A stretch of DNA of 59,356 nt from a virus. Lineage: Duplodnaviria > Caudoviricetes. Under the pieces are notes generated by a model, which did no database searches, was not told where the DNA came from, and saw only the letters and a program-made list of their open reading frames with translations. This document shows, in pieces, positions 9,724 to 18,333 of this stretch (position 1 is its first letter; the number at the start of each line of letters is the position of its first letter). The translations under genes were made by a program, and so were the position numbers. Location of the stretch: IMG/VR virus record IMGVR_UViG_3300010234_000013, positions 1 to 59,356 of that record, one strand, 5' to 3'.

Positions 9724-10074
9724 TTAAAAGGGCATATCATCATCGTATCCAGCAGCTTCTGGAATTGCAGACGGTGCATTCGTGTGTGCTGCTTCTGATA
9801 GTTTTTCAATTTTCCAAAACTGAAGGTTGTTAAATACCTTTCCTTCGTAATTATTTCCGGTAATGTCAAAGAATACATTTACCGTTTCGCCAACTTGAAC
9901 ATTCGTTACTAAGTCGCTTTTATCTCCAAATGCCGAAAACTTTACAGGTTGTGGATATTGCCCTATTGTTTCGATCAACAAATGGGCTATCGTGTAGTCC
10001 TTTCCAGAATTCTTTGATTTCTTTGTAACCGGATCAACTTTATTGGTTACTATCCCTTGAATTTGTAAGTTCAT
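9724..10074 (-). CDS. Single-stranded DNA-binding protein (DUF3127-like)
   Basis: OB-fold-like pattern, QYPQ, acidic tail DDDMPF. Confidence 0.85.
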   Translation of the reverse strand: MNLQIQGIVTNKVDPVTKKSKNSGKDYTIAHLLIETIGQYPQPVKFSAFGDKSDLVTNVQVGETVNVFFDITGNNYEGKVFNNLQFWKIEKLSEAAHTNAPSAIPEAAGYDDDMPF

Positions 10075-10291
10075 ATTTTTGATTTAATTTATGCTCAAAT
10101 TGTTTAATAAAATTTTTAATTCTCATTTCGTGCAAAGGTCTGTATACACTATCTATACCTTTATCGTTTCCAAGAAGGCTATCCATAATAAATAATGCAT
10201 CTAATATTCTTTGTTGTGCCTCAACCAAAAGTTCAATGGCTTCCCATTTATCCTTCGGTGATGGTGCTGTTTTTTTTACATCTAAATTCAT
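10040..10291 (-). CDS. Hypothetical protein
   Basis: Operon-coupled ORF. Confidence 0.55.
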   Translation of the reverse strand: MNLDVKKTAPSPKDKWEAIELLVEAQQRILDALFIMDSLLGNDKGIDSVYRPLHEMRIKNFIKQFEHKLNQKYELTNSRDSNQ

Positions 10292-10294
10292 AAT

Positions 10295-10660
10295 TTATTG
10301 CATCGATTTAATCCACCTGGATATTGAATTAGCAACAGCAGATCCAGAATCAAACATTATCCTAAATCCCTTCAACTTTCCTTCTAATTCTGCTTCCTTG
10401 ATTCTCAAGTCTTTTGTCTTTACTATCGAAGAACTTTCTCTATCTGCAACCGTTCCTTCTGCTGTAAGTTTTTCTTTTGCCTGTGTTACCTTTCTATCTA
10501 CATAAGCAGTTTTGAATTTACCTTCCAGGATAGCTATTTGCTTTCCCAATTTTGCCAACTCAATAGAAAGTAATTGATCTTGTCGCAATAGATCATTAAG
10601 GTCATATTCTTCAATTGTGAAGTTTTCGTACCAGTGTATTATTTCGCCTATTTTGTTCAT
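10295..10660 (-). CDS. Coiled-coil protein in recombination module
   Basis: Heptad-rich helical sequence downstream of recT. Confidence 0.6.
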   Translation of the reverse strand: MNKIGEIIHWYENFTIEEYDLNDLLRQDQLLSIELAKLGKQIAILEGKFKTAYVDRKVTQAKEKLTAEGTVADRESSSIVKTKDLRIKEAELEGKLKGFRIMFDSGSAVANSISRWIKSMQ

Positions 10661-10668
10661 GCCGATTA

Positions 10669-11499
10669 TTAATTATTAAATAATCCTTCTACCCTTTCAA
10701 CTTTCGTTTCGTCAATTCCGTCATTATCTATGTAGGTGATTTCATTTTCATTTATCACCGATTGATCCACTCTTATCGCTTCACTTAGATTTTGAATGCT
10801 TTGACTTTTTACGCTTAATGGCGCATACTTTGAAAGCAATAGTTTCAACACCGTTTTCTTGCACATTGCATCTTTCATGTCCTTCCAAAGCCCAAATCCT
10901 TTTGCATAAGTTTTGCTGTACTTTTTTCCATGTTCTTCTAATTGTTCAGAAGTCATATACAGTGTTTTTTGGAACCCATTTGTCAATCGGAAAAAGGCCA
11001 CATAACCAATTGTGTTTACATTGTTGCGTTCTTCTCCTGCTATCCAATCAAATGTGTATTCACCTGTTAATCTGTCCACGTTAATCAATTCCCCTTCTCT
11101 AACATCGTCCGTATTAATCACCGCAAATTGTCCGGTTCGTTGTGCCAACTGGATATAACCCTTTGCACCTATTTGAAAATTTGCTTCTTTCTTCCATTGA
11201 TCTTGTGCGCCATTTTTGCCTCTTACTTTTACATTGTATGGTAGGACATAGGCAAATCCAAGATTCTGGTCTAATGGTAAATCAAGTGCTGTTGCTTTCA
11301 ATGCCGAATACATAACCGATGAAGGCGTGCATTCCTGAAGTCCTGTATTTGAAGAAACTATACTTACAATATTTGCTACGAATGATTCCTTCTGGTGGCC
11401 CACAACCGATTCAATGTATTCCTGCGTCTTATCATTCATGATGTAGGAATTGAACTGCTTAAGCCCTGTTGCTTTGTTTTGCATTACCGTTGTTTCCAT
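10669..11499 (-). CDS. recT: RecT-family ssDNA annealing protein
   Basis: LPLDQNLGFAYVLPY, FQIGAKGYIQLAQRTG, MCKKTVLK. Confidence 0.93.
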   Translation of the reverse strand: METTVMQNKATGLKQFNSYIMNDKTQEYIESVVGHQKESFVANIVSIVSSNTGLQECTPSSVMYSALKATALDLPLDQNLGFAYVLPYNVKVRGKNGAQDQWKKEANFQIGAKGYIQLAQRTGQFAVINTDDVREGELINVDRLTGEYTFDWIAGEERNNVNTIGYVAFFRLTNGFQKTLYMTSEQLEEHGKKYSKTYAKGFGLWKDMKDAMCKKTVLKLLLSKYAPLSVKSQSIQNLSEAIRVDQSVINENEITYIDNDGIDETKVERVEGLFNN

Positions 11500-11502
11500 T
11501 TC

Positions 11503-12462
11503 TTAACTCTTTAATTTTATTTGAAGAGAAGGCTTTACGGTTGTTTGCTTTGTAAGGTTTTCATATTCGGCTCCAACAAATTCTTTTACCTTTTTGGTGT
11601 CAACACTGGATCTTACATAACTTTCCTTTGCTGTTATGGTAAAGTATGGAGTGCTGATTGTTTTTATCCCTCGTTGCATCATATTATCAAGCAATCCAGT
11701 TCTTATTTTGCTTTTGATTAATGCTGCTTGTTTTTCCATCAGCAAAGCATCTTCCAAAGCCTTCATTGCTGCAACTTCTCTAGTTTCAGATTCGGACATG
11801 TAGATAGTTTCCTTTTCTTCGTAAGGCTCAATTGTTTCCCATTCAGTGTCCAGTTTTTGAAGTCCGTGATAAATTGCCCTTTGTGTGTCTGCAAAATTGG
11901 ATACTGGATGAAAGGTTAATTTTGATTCATCAAATTCATACAATTCTGGTGTTGTATAAATATCCTTTGTGTCGTAATGTGCAAACTGAAAAGACTGTTC
12001 TTTTTCAAGCTCGTCCATAATCAAACAATGCCATGCAATTTGACCTTGATATTTTTTTGTGGTTGTTGCAACATCATCTTTGGTTGCTTTTAGTTCAACA
12101 AAGAAATTATCAGATTCAAAATCAATGTGACAGTAAGCGGTGAAGTTTACGAATGTATTTTCTGGAAGTGAATTGGTAGGATTAGATTTTATTCCTTTCC
12201 ATTCTTTATCGCCTTTCAGATAATCAAAAACATCGGATTCAACTTTGTTTCCAAGATCAAAGTATTTTGAAAATATTTCTTTACGCTCAATTTCCCCTTT
12301 GATTTCTGAAATTCTTCGTCTTAGTGAATTGTTGATTATTCCGGTTGCTGCGTAGTGTAAAATATCACTAGCATCGGAAGATCCGAATCCTTTCTTTTTG
12401 TTTTTTAAGAATGATTTGTCGATAGATTTTTCAGGCAGAATCGCCATTTTCCCATTTTCCAT
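11503..12462 (-). CDS. YqaJ/lambda-exonuclease-like recombination nuclease
   Basis: GFGSSDAS, GNKVE, HIDF, VELKAT, YQGQ; adjacent to recT. Confidence 0.8.
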   Translation of the reverse strand: MENGKMAILPEKSIDKSFLKNKKKGFGSSDASDILHYAATGIINNSLRRRISEIKGEIERKEIFSKYFDLGNKVESDVFDYLKGDKEWKGIKSNPTNSLPENTFVNFTAYCHIDFESDNFFVELKATKDDVATTTKKYQGQIAWHCLIMDELEKEQSFQFAHYDTKDIYTTPELYEFDESKLTFHPVSNFADTQRAIYHGLQKLDTEWETIEPYEEKETIYMSESETREVAAMKALEDALLMEKQAALIKSKIRTGLLDNMMQRGIKTISTPYFTITAKESYVRSSVDTKKVKEFVGAEYENLTKQTTVKPSLQIKLKS

Positions 12463-12653
12463 TTTAACAAGTTTTAAGTTTGAAAAAATAGAAACGGAAA
12501 GCATCAATAAACTAACCTGGAAAGATTAGTTTGAAATAATCGTACAGCAAAAATAACAATAATAATGCAATAATTCAAGTCAATAATAATTTCTATAGTG
12601 TTTTGACTTGCTTGTTAGCATCTGATTATCAGATAATTATGAACGTAAAAAAA

Positions 12654-13799
12654 TTATAAATTTGATATTTTCAGTATAGCTTTATCGCTTATTGATCCAT
12701 ACTTTGCCGTTGTTGCTGTGGAGCTGTGCGCCATCATTTCAGCAATGATATGTAATGGATAACCTCGTTCTAACATGATGGATTTAAACGTGTGTCTTGC
12801 ACCATGAACGGTCATATATTTATCGATTTCTGCTTCTGTCAATAGCTTTCTGAAATTGGAATTGAGATCATGGTTGTGAACTTTTTTGAACGGGCCATGA
12901 TTATTAAATAAATCCAAAGCTCTGTTGTCAAATAAGTGAATTGGAACCCTTGCAAATTTTCCTTTTCGCTTTTTAGTTTTCCCTGCAAGGTATACCAGAA
13001 GTCCATTCTTTTTGAAATTGGATTTTGTGATAATAGAAATGTCGCCTACCCTCATTCCGGTGTAGAATAGGAATAGCATATAATATTTCACTTTGAGCAA
13101 CACATTTGAAGATGGAGTATGTTTATAGAATATTTCAAGTTCTTCTTCAGTCAAGACTTCTACAACCTTTGCTGTCCTGCTGATCTTAAACCCGAAGAAA
13201 ATATCTTCATTGATGTATCCCTTCAATCTTGCTGCTCTTACAAATTTTCTGAATACCACAAATAGAGAATGGATATAGTTGGCAGACAACACTGTTCCTT
13301 TGTGCGACTTTTGTTTAAACAACCAGGATTTAAAATCAAGAAGAAAATTGTGGTTCAGTTGGCTACAATAAATTGGATCTTGGAATGCTTTTAGTTTTTT
13401 GAATACATCTAACCTTTTTTTATAAGTTGAATCTGCCAATCGTTCACCTTCCTCATAATTTAATTTATAGCAAAATTGCAGAAAATCGACATCAGAAAAT
13501 TGGTCATACTGCAAATGCCTTATAAGATCCTTTGGTACAAACCTTTCTTTTTTCTTCCATTTGCTTCTATAATATCTTCTAGCTTCCAAGATCCATGTCT
13601 GGATGTCTTCGTTGTACTGGTAAGCTTCCAAATGCTTCATTACCCATTCTTTTTTCTCGTTCCATTGAGTAGGTTTCACAAGTATCTTTGTGTCGAAATA
13701 AAATGGTTGTCCTTGATAAATAAATCGGATATGTATTTTTCCTAATCCATCGGCTCTAAGTCGTTTAGATCGGTTAAAAACGGCTTTGATGTTGAGCAT
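12654..13799 (-). CDS. int: Tyrosine integrase with N-terminal arm-binding domain
   Basis: YTGMR, K, HGARHTF, MAHSS, catalytic Y; likely start MLNIK at 13799. Confidence 0.93.
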   Translation of the reverse strand: MLNIKAVFNRSKRLRADGLGKIHIRFIYQGQPFYFDTKILVKPTQWNEKKEWVMKHLEAYQYNEDIQTWILEARRYYRSKWKKKERFVPKDLIRHLQYDQFSDVDFLQFCYKLNYEEGERLADSTYKKRLDVFKKLKAFQDPIYCSQLNHNFLLDFKSWLFKQKSHKGTVLSANYIHSLFVVFRKFVRAARLKGYINEDIFFGFKISRTAKVVEVLTEEELEIFYKHTPSSNVLLKVKYYMLFLFYTGMRVGDISIITKSNFKKNGLLVYLAGKTKKRKGKFARVPIHLFDNRALDLFNNHGPFKKVHNHDLNSNFRKLLTEAEIDKYMTVHGARHTFKSIMLERGYPLHIIAEMMAHSSTATTAKYGSISDKAILKISNL

Positions 13800-13800
13800 A

Positions 13801-14001
13801 TTTGTAAGCGATTTGTAAGTATAGTTACGCAATATTGCGCTTTAATACCTAAAATCAATACTCTAAACCCATATATTTGTTGAAGTGTTACGCAGTATTG
13901 CGTATGAGGCCGTATCCAGTTGAACTACGCGGCCATACTATAATATGTTAATAATCAATGCTTTATGAAATTAACCACAATTTTTTGTAAGTGATTTGTA
14001 A
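13801..14001. other. Putative attP: arm-type repeats flanking a tRNA-5'-end-like core
   Basis: TTTGTAAG(C/T)GATTTGTAA at 13801 and 13984; GTTACGCA(A/G)TATTGCG at 13824 and 13887; minus-strand GGCCGCGTAGTTCAACTGGATA at 13934-13913. Confidence 0.75.
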
Positions 14002-14208
14002 TTAATAGTATTCGTCAAAAGCAGAGTTATCTACATCTAGATTGAACTTCATCAAGTTGACTAAAGTATTCCTTCCAACCTTCTTCTTCTCAATGAAACC
14101 CGAAGTTATTAAATTTTCAATCTTTCTCCTACTTATACCAGTAACACTACATAAGTACTCTATGCCGACCCATTTGTTAGGGATTATGTGTTGTGTTGTG
14201 GTGTTCAT
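14002..14208 (-). CDS. xis: Excisionase-like winged HTH protein
   Basis: 68 aa, WVGIEYL..TGISRRKIENLI..G..KKVGR; adjacent to attP/int. Confidence 0.7.
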   Translation of the reverse strand: MNTTTQHIIPNKWVGIEYLCSVTGISRRKIENLITSGFIEKKKVGRNTLVNLMKFNLDVDNSAFDEYY

Positions 14209-14216
14209 TTTGACGC

Positions 14217-14597
14217 CTATACAAAAGTAGATAAGAAGTCGATTCCCTCTTCCAAATTATCATAGGTGGCATCCGACACTTTTTTCAAAAACTGCAAATA
14301 TCTGTCTTTGTCGTGTCCTGGCTCTAAAACCAAAATAACAGTTTTGTCCTTCCCTTTTGCGTACCCTGCTTCAACAGCTAATCCAAACCCACTAGGATTT
14401 GATTTTTCCATATACACAAAACAAATGTCACATTGTTTTATATAGTTTAAATCCCAAGTGCCATATTCTTGCAATTCAAATTCCCTCTTTACCTCTTTCA
14501 GTTTTGGATCATAAAACTCAACATTATCCAATGACCTAATTCTTTCTCTCCAATTAGAACGCATACCTCCGGCTAGATAAACTTTTTGCTTTTTCAT
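14217..14597 (-). CDS. Nucleoside 2-deoxyribosyltransferase/N-glycosidase-like protein
   Basis: VYLAGG, FYDP, DLNYIKQCD, SGFGLAVEAGYA. Confidence 0.8.
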   Translation of the reverse strand: MKKQKVYLAGGMRSNWRERIRSLDNVEFYDPKLKEVKREFELQEYGTWDLNYIKQCDICFVYMEKSNPSGFGLAVEAGYAKGKDKTVILVLEPGHDKDRYLQFLKKVSDATYDNLEEGIDFLSTFV

Positions 14598-14862
14598 ATT
14601 TTTTAAATAGTTGTTTATTAAATATTTGAGAAGTTATTTCTCTTCTCTTTTCTTGGCTACCGTACCCGCTTTCAGGGTCGGCTAATGATCCATCTTCTAG
14701 GACTCTTTGCCACGTCCACCAGTTACTTAATCTACCGTTTACCTCATACTGTCCATTATTTACATATACGTCACATGGGTAGTTTGGATTATCTTCAAAT
14801 CTCCATCCTGTGTGGTGTACTACTGACCCACTTGCAGGGGCGTGTATTGTTTCGTTTTTCAT
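14554..14862 (-). CDS. Hypothetical protein following attC-like site 3, probably chimeric C-terminus
   Basis: Starts about 30 nt from the hairpin core; composition changes after GYGS and tail overlaps next gene. Confidence 0.55.
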   Translation of the reverse strand: MKNETIHAPASGSVVHHTGWRFEDNPNYPCDVYVNNGQYEVNGRLSNWWTWQRVLEDGSLADPESGYGSQEKRREITSQIFNKQLFKKYEKAKSLSSRRYAF

Positions 14863-14886
14863 AGTTTTATTTATTTAAATATAAAA

Positions 14887-14947
14887 GCATATAACATCGT
14901 ATGATCAAATCATGCTATCGCACGCTTGATATACAGGCGTTAGCGTT
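14887..14947 (+). mobile_element. attC-like recombination site 3 (short)
   Basis: TAAC(14892)-atc-GTAT-g-ATCAA..TGC-tatc-GCA..TTGAT-ATAC-aggc-GTTA(14939). Confidence 0.8.
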
Positions 14948-15212
14948 CATAGCCTTTTAAGAACTGTTCTGCATCTTTAAGTCCGAATGAGTACAGTTTA
15001 TTTTTAGCTTCTTCCTTTAGTACTTTAATAGCTGTTAACTTTTCGCCATTATTGTAGGCATCTATACATATTTTCAAGATATCTTTGTCAACTTCAACCA
15101 AAGGCAACGAAACGCTAACACTATATAAATCCAATAGCTTATTAGCTGTTTCACCTATACAGTTTTCACCTGTTTGCATCTTTAGTAATAAATCATTTAT
15201 TTGTTTTTTCAT
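14940..15212 (-). CDS. Cassette-borne hypothetical protein
   Basis: Starts inside attC-like site 4, stop in core of site 3; KLTAIKVLKE..FGLKDA resembles an L7/L12 C-terminal-like motif. Confidence 0.65.
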   Translation of the reverse strand: MKKQINDLLLKMQTGENCIGETANKLLDLYSVSVSLPLVEVDKDILKICIDAYNNGEKLTAIKVLKEEAKNKLYSFGLKDAEQFLKGYER

Positions 15213-15244
15213 ATCGCTACTAGTTTTATATTTTAACGTTAGTA
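15111..15244 (+). mobile_element. attC-like recombination site 4
   Basis: AACGCTAAC-act-ATATAAA..ATAGC ... GCTAC..TTTATAT-tttaac-GTTA(15238); AACGCTAAC is the reverse complement of GTTAGCGTT at 14939. Confidence 0.8.
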
Positions 15245-15398
15245 GTCATACACGTTTTGCCCACGAACCATCCATCCGCACATATGCTCGCAACATAGTT
15301 CTGTTTGGTTGTCTATCATTATTTACTGTTCAGCCCAATTTCCACAAACCACAAAAAGCCCATAGCTACATATCCAAGCACTGTAATTATCTTTAGAA

Positions 15399-15908
15399 TC
15401 ATGATTGGAATTGATTCATCCGACTTTTCCCAATTGTCTTAATCAGCGTATCCCCTCTTCTCACATACATGTAATCTCCTTCGATATATCTTTTTGGTGG
15501 ATCCAGTTCTATTTTGGACATGTTGAACCTGTTGATTCCAGATTTCAAGTATTCGTAAATTCTTTGTCTTAATTCTATAAGTCCGTAATTGTATAATTCC
15601 ATACCGGACAATGCACCTTGCGTTATTCCAATTTTATTCGCTAAATCTGTTTGGCTTACCTTTCTATCTTCTCTTAACTTCCTTAATTTATCACCGTATA
15701 ATTTTTGTGGAATCTTTGCTTCAATTCCTGGTAAGGATGCCAACCATTCAATAATTTTTTTTGAAATCGCAATGTTTCCGTAATAATCCCTTTCCAGAAG
15801 AGTAACAGATTCATATGACAAATCAAACTCTTTTGCAATTGCTCTTTTCGTCAATCCCTTTTGTATTCTTAGCTGTTTTATTTTCATCCTATTAGTATTT
15901 AATAACAA
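15399..15908 (-). CDS. Tandem XRE-family HTH protein
   Basis: IKQLRIQKGLTKRAIA and LRKLREDRKVSQTDLANKIGITQGALS. Confidence 0.85.
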   Translation of the reverse strand: MLLNTNRMKIKQLRIQKGLTKRAIAKEFDLSYESVTLLERDYYGNIAISKKIIEWLASLPGIEAKIPQKLYGDKLRKLREDRKVSQTDLANKIGITQGALSGMELYNYGLIELRQRIYEYLKSGINRFNMSKIELDPPKRYIEGDYMYVRRGDTLIKTIGKSRMNQFQS

Positions 15909-16317
15909 AATTGAAGTCTGGATATAATGCCTTTGCCAATTTCCATTTTATGCGCCACGCATAAGTCATTGTTGCTTTTGATTTTACCTCCCAATATTCT
16001 TGTCTTCCATCTGTGAACTTTACGAAGAAGTCTACAGCGTATCGGCAAATTTCTTTTCCTGCTACTATCATTTTCAATGTCTTTTGTGGTATCCATTCTT
16101 TTACTTCTCCTGATAGTTTTAGCATGTCTAGTTGGTATGCGTATTTTGCTTCTAGTTTGCTGTCATAAGACTTTCCCCTGTATGTCTGTCTTACGGCATT
16201 GAATTTGTTTTTCTTCGTCTTAGGGCGTATTGTGTGAAGTCCGCAATAATTGTTTTCATTCGACACTTTTATCTTGCATCCGGATTTTTTACATGTGGGT
16301 TTTGTCATACTGTTCAA
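15892..16317 (-). CDS. DUF1064-like PD-(D/E)xK nuclease
   Basis: YDSKLEA, YAVDF, WEVKS. Confidence 0.8.
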   Translation of the reverse strand: MNSMTKPTCKKSGCKIKVSNENNYCGLHTIRPKTKKNKFNAVRQTYRGKSYDSKLEAKYAYQLDMLKLSGEVKEWIPQKTLKMIVAGKEICRYAVDFFVKFTDGRQEYWEVKSKATMTYAWRIKWKLAKALYPDFNFVIKY

Positions 16318-17383
16318 TTACTTTGAATATTTCATACGCTACTTGTGGCACAATTGCGTTTCCTAATTGCTTAAGTCTGTCCGACCTTTTTGATATATTT
16401 TTTGCAACTCTTGGTATATCTCTTGGTTCGTTTTTGATATATCTGTCCATCCGGGAGGAAACATCATTAGCCACTCCACCCACATCGGGTTCAACTGACC
16501 AGATACCGTCATTGTAAGCTCTATTGACTTTCCCTTCGCTATTCTGTTCTTTATACATTGATCTTCTGGATTTCCCCTGTTCCTGTGACCTGAGGACATC
16601 GGTGTTGGCAGTAATTTGTTTAGTTCCTCGCTCTTTATTGGTCTTGTTTTCCCGTTCTCGCACACTTTCAGCCCTTGTGTCTGTGGTGTTGGTAGCATCC
16701 TCACATATCCAGGAAGATCCATTGACTCCCCCTTGTACGCTCTCCCTTGTGGCCCTTTCCAATCCCTCTTCATTGGCGTGGGTAGAAATCCGCTGTATAT
16801 CTCCTGCGCTAGGCTGCCACTGTTCCCCTTTACCGGATTCGCTTTTCCGCTCACCACCGTTGCATCGAAAGCCGTTGGAGTTTTTAACATTTCCTCTTTT
16901 GTACGCACATATCCAGATCCTGTCTCTTCTATGCCATGCTTGGACGGCACAAGCTGGAATAATAAACGATTCCACTTCGTACCCTTCGCTTTCCAAGTCA
17001 GTGTATATTTTTTCAAGTGTGGCGCCATCTTCCATGTTGACGAGGCCAAAAACATTTTCGCCAACGACATAGGTCGGTTTAGACTCTCGTATAATTCTAA
17101 GCATTTCCGGCCAGAGATAACGGTCATCATTTTCTCCCTTTCGCTTTCCTGCAAGGCTGAAAGGTTGGCATGGGAACCCTCCTGAAATAATGTCAACTGC
17201 TCCTTTGTATTTTGTACCATCTAATTCAAATATGTCTCTGTGATGAATAATATTTGGAAATCGTTTTTCTAAAACAAGATTCGCTTTATCGTCTTTTTCG
17301 CAACTGAATACATTTTCCCATCCCATCCATTCTGCTGCCAGATCAAACCCACCTATTCCAGAAAACAATGATCCATGCTTCAT
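16289..17383 (-). CDS. DNA cytosine-5 methyltransferase, alpha chain (motifs I-VIII and X)
   Basis: LFSGIGG, GGFPCQ, ENV, HRRDRIW, RLKQLGNAIV. Confidence 0.92.
   Translation of the reverse strand: MKHGSLFSGIGGFDLAAEWMGWENVFSCEKDDKANLVLEKRFPNIIHHRDIFELDGTKYKGAVDIISGGFPCQPFSLAGKRKGENDDRYLWPEMLRIIRESKPTYVVGENVFGLVNMEDGATLEKIYTDLESEGYEVESFIIPACAVQAWHRRDRIWICAYKRGNVKNSNGFRCNGGERKSESGKGEQWQPSAGDIQRISTHANEEGLERATRESVQGGVNGSSWICEDATNTTDTRAESVRERENKTNKERGTKQITANTDVLRSQEQGKSRRSMYKEQNSEGKVNRAYNDGIWSVEPDVGGVANDVSSRMDRYIKNEPRDIPRVAKNISKRSDRLKQLGNAIVPQVAYEIFKVIEQYDKTHM
16363..17220 (-). CDS. Methyltransferase beta chain in alternative frame (motif IX plus LPTP repeats)
   Basis: Nested 285-aa ORF ending GQLNPMWVEWLMMFPPGWTD. 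Confidence 0.75.
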   Translation of the reverse strand: MVQNTKEQLTLFQEGSHANLSALQESEREKMMTVISGRKCLELYESLNRPMSLAKMFLASSTWKMAPHLKKYTLTWKAKGTKWNRLLFQLVPSKHGIEETGSGYVRTKEEMLKTPTAFDATVVSGKANPVKGNSGSLAQEIYSGFLPTPMKRDWKGPQGRAYKGESMDLPGYVRMLPTPQTQGLKVCENGKTRPIKSEELNKLLPTPMSSGHRNRGNPEDQCIKNRIAKGKSIELTMTVSGQLNPMWVEWLMMFPPGWTDISKTNQEIYQELQKIYQKGRTDLSN

Positions 17384-17608
17384 CTACTTCTCAAATAATT
17401 CCAAAAAATACTGGTGCATCATTTTTAACTTGAAACTCGTATAGCTGAATCCAAGTGATAATTCTCTATCGCTTTTTCGTATGCAGAAATAACCGTATCC
17501 TGGACGATGTATGATTTGTAAAAATCCTATGCCTTCCTTCTTCAAGTATTCTTCGATTTTTCTAATTGTACCAGTTGGCACAGCGTAAGTTCTGGTTGTT
17601 GTTGTCAT
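17384..17608 (-). CDS. Hypothetical protein
   Basis: Translationally coupled ORF. Confidence 0.55.
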   Translation of the reverse strand: MTTTTRTYAVPTGTIRKIEEYLKKEGIGFLQIIHRPGYGYFCIRKSDRELSLGFSYTSFKLKMMHQYFLELFEK

Positions 17609-18333
17609 GCTTTATCGTTTAATTCTGCTTCGTTTCTTTTCAAGGATTCGCCTTGAGATTCGATTACTTTCATTCTTGCGGAAATGTTTGGATCGTTTTC
17701 ATTTTTCTTCGTTGGTACGAATTGTTTTGGAAGTTTTTTGGAATCACTGGTTTGAAGTTTTTTTACAAGCTCTTGTGTGCGCTCTTTGAATTCTTCCGGT
17801 ACTTCAACCTTGATTGGTTCATCCAATTTATTCTTAAGATTCCTATGATAATTTTCTCTTACAACACTCACATCTTTTTCTCGTTCTTCATAGTAATCCT
17901 TTGCCCATCCAAACATTACCTGGACATCAATCCGATTGTAGTTTTCAGTCTTAACCGCTTTTTTAAATATTTCTTTGATCTCACAAATTCTTAGATCATC
18001 ATATTTCTCATAAACCATTTCAGCCCAAATTCGGAATCCTTCAGCACCGATGACATTGTCAACCGCAAACATGCTTCCTATCATTTTCGCTGCTACTCCT
18101 GCTAAAAATTTCATGCACTCTTCTTCATCGAGTTTTTTAAGCTTCGGTGATTTGTGTATAAACAATTCGCCATAAGTTTTCGGAAACCTGTGTTCAGGAT
18201 CCTTGACACTTAAAGCCATTGCCTTTGCACTCCATTCAAATATCGAGTCCGGCAGTAAGTTCTGCGAGTTCTCCACTCGTGGTTCTATTGCCAGTTCTTT
18301 TGTGCCTACCTGCTTGTGCATCTTTGACATCAT
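17605..18333 (-). CDS. Replication-associated hypothetical protein (helicase-loader position)
   Basis: Overlaps 3' end of initiator gene. Confidence 0.55.
   Translation of the reverse strand: MMSKMHKQVGTKELAIEPRVENSQNLLPDSIFEWSAKAMALSVKDPEHRFPKTYGELFIHKSPKLKKLDEEECMKFLAGVAAKMIGSMFAVDNVIGAEGFRIWAEMVYEKYDDLRICEIKEIFKKAVKTENYNRIDVQVMFGWAKDYYEEREKDVSVVRENYHRNLKNKLDEPIKVEVPEEFKERTQELVKKLQTSDSKKLPKQFVPTKKNENDPNISARMKVIESQGESLKRNEAELNDKA

Noticed and set aside
12654-13799. Integrase as the integron integrase for the attC-like sites
   Set aside because: It has an arm-binding N-terminus, adjacent xis and attP, fitting a lambda-type prophage integrase.
13913-13934. Complete tRNA gene
   Set aside because: Only the 5' 22 nt are tRNA-like; no anticodon or T arm follows.
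16524-17185. Plus-strand ORFs opposite the methyltransferase
   Set aside because: Antisense shadows of a GC-richer dual-coding region with no motifs.
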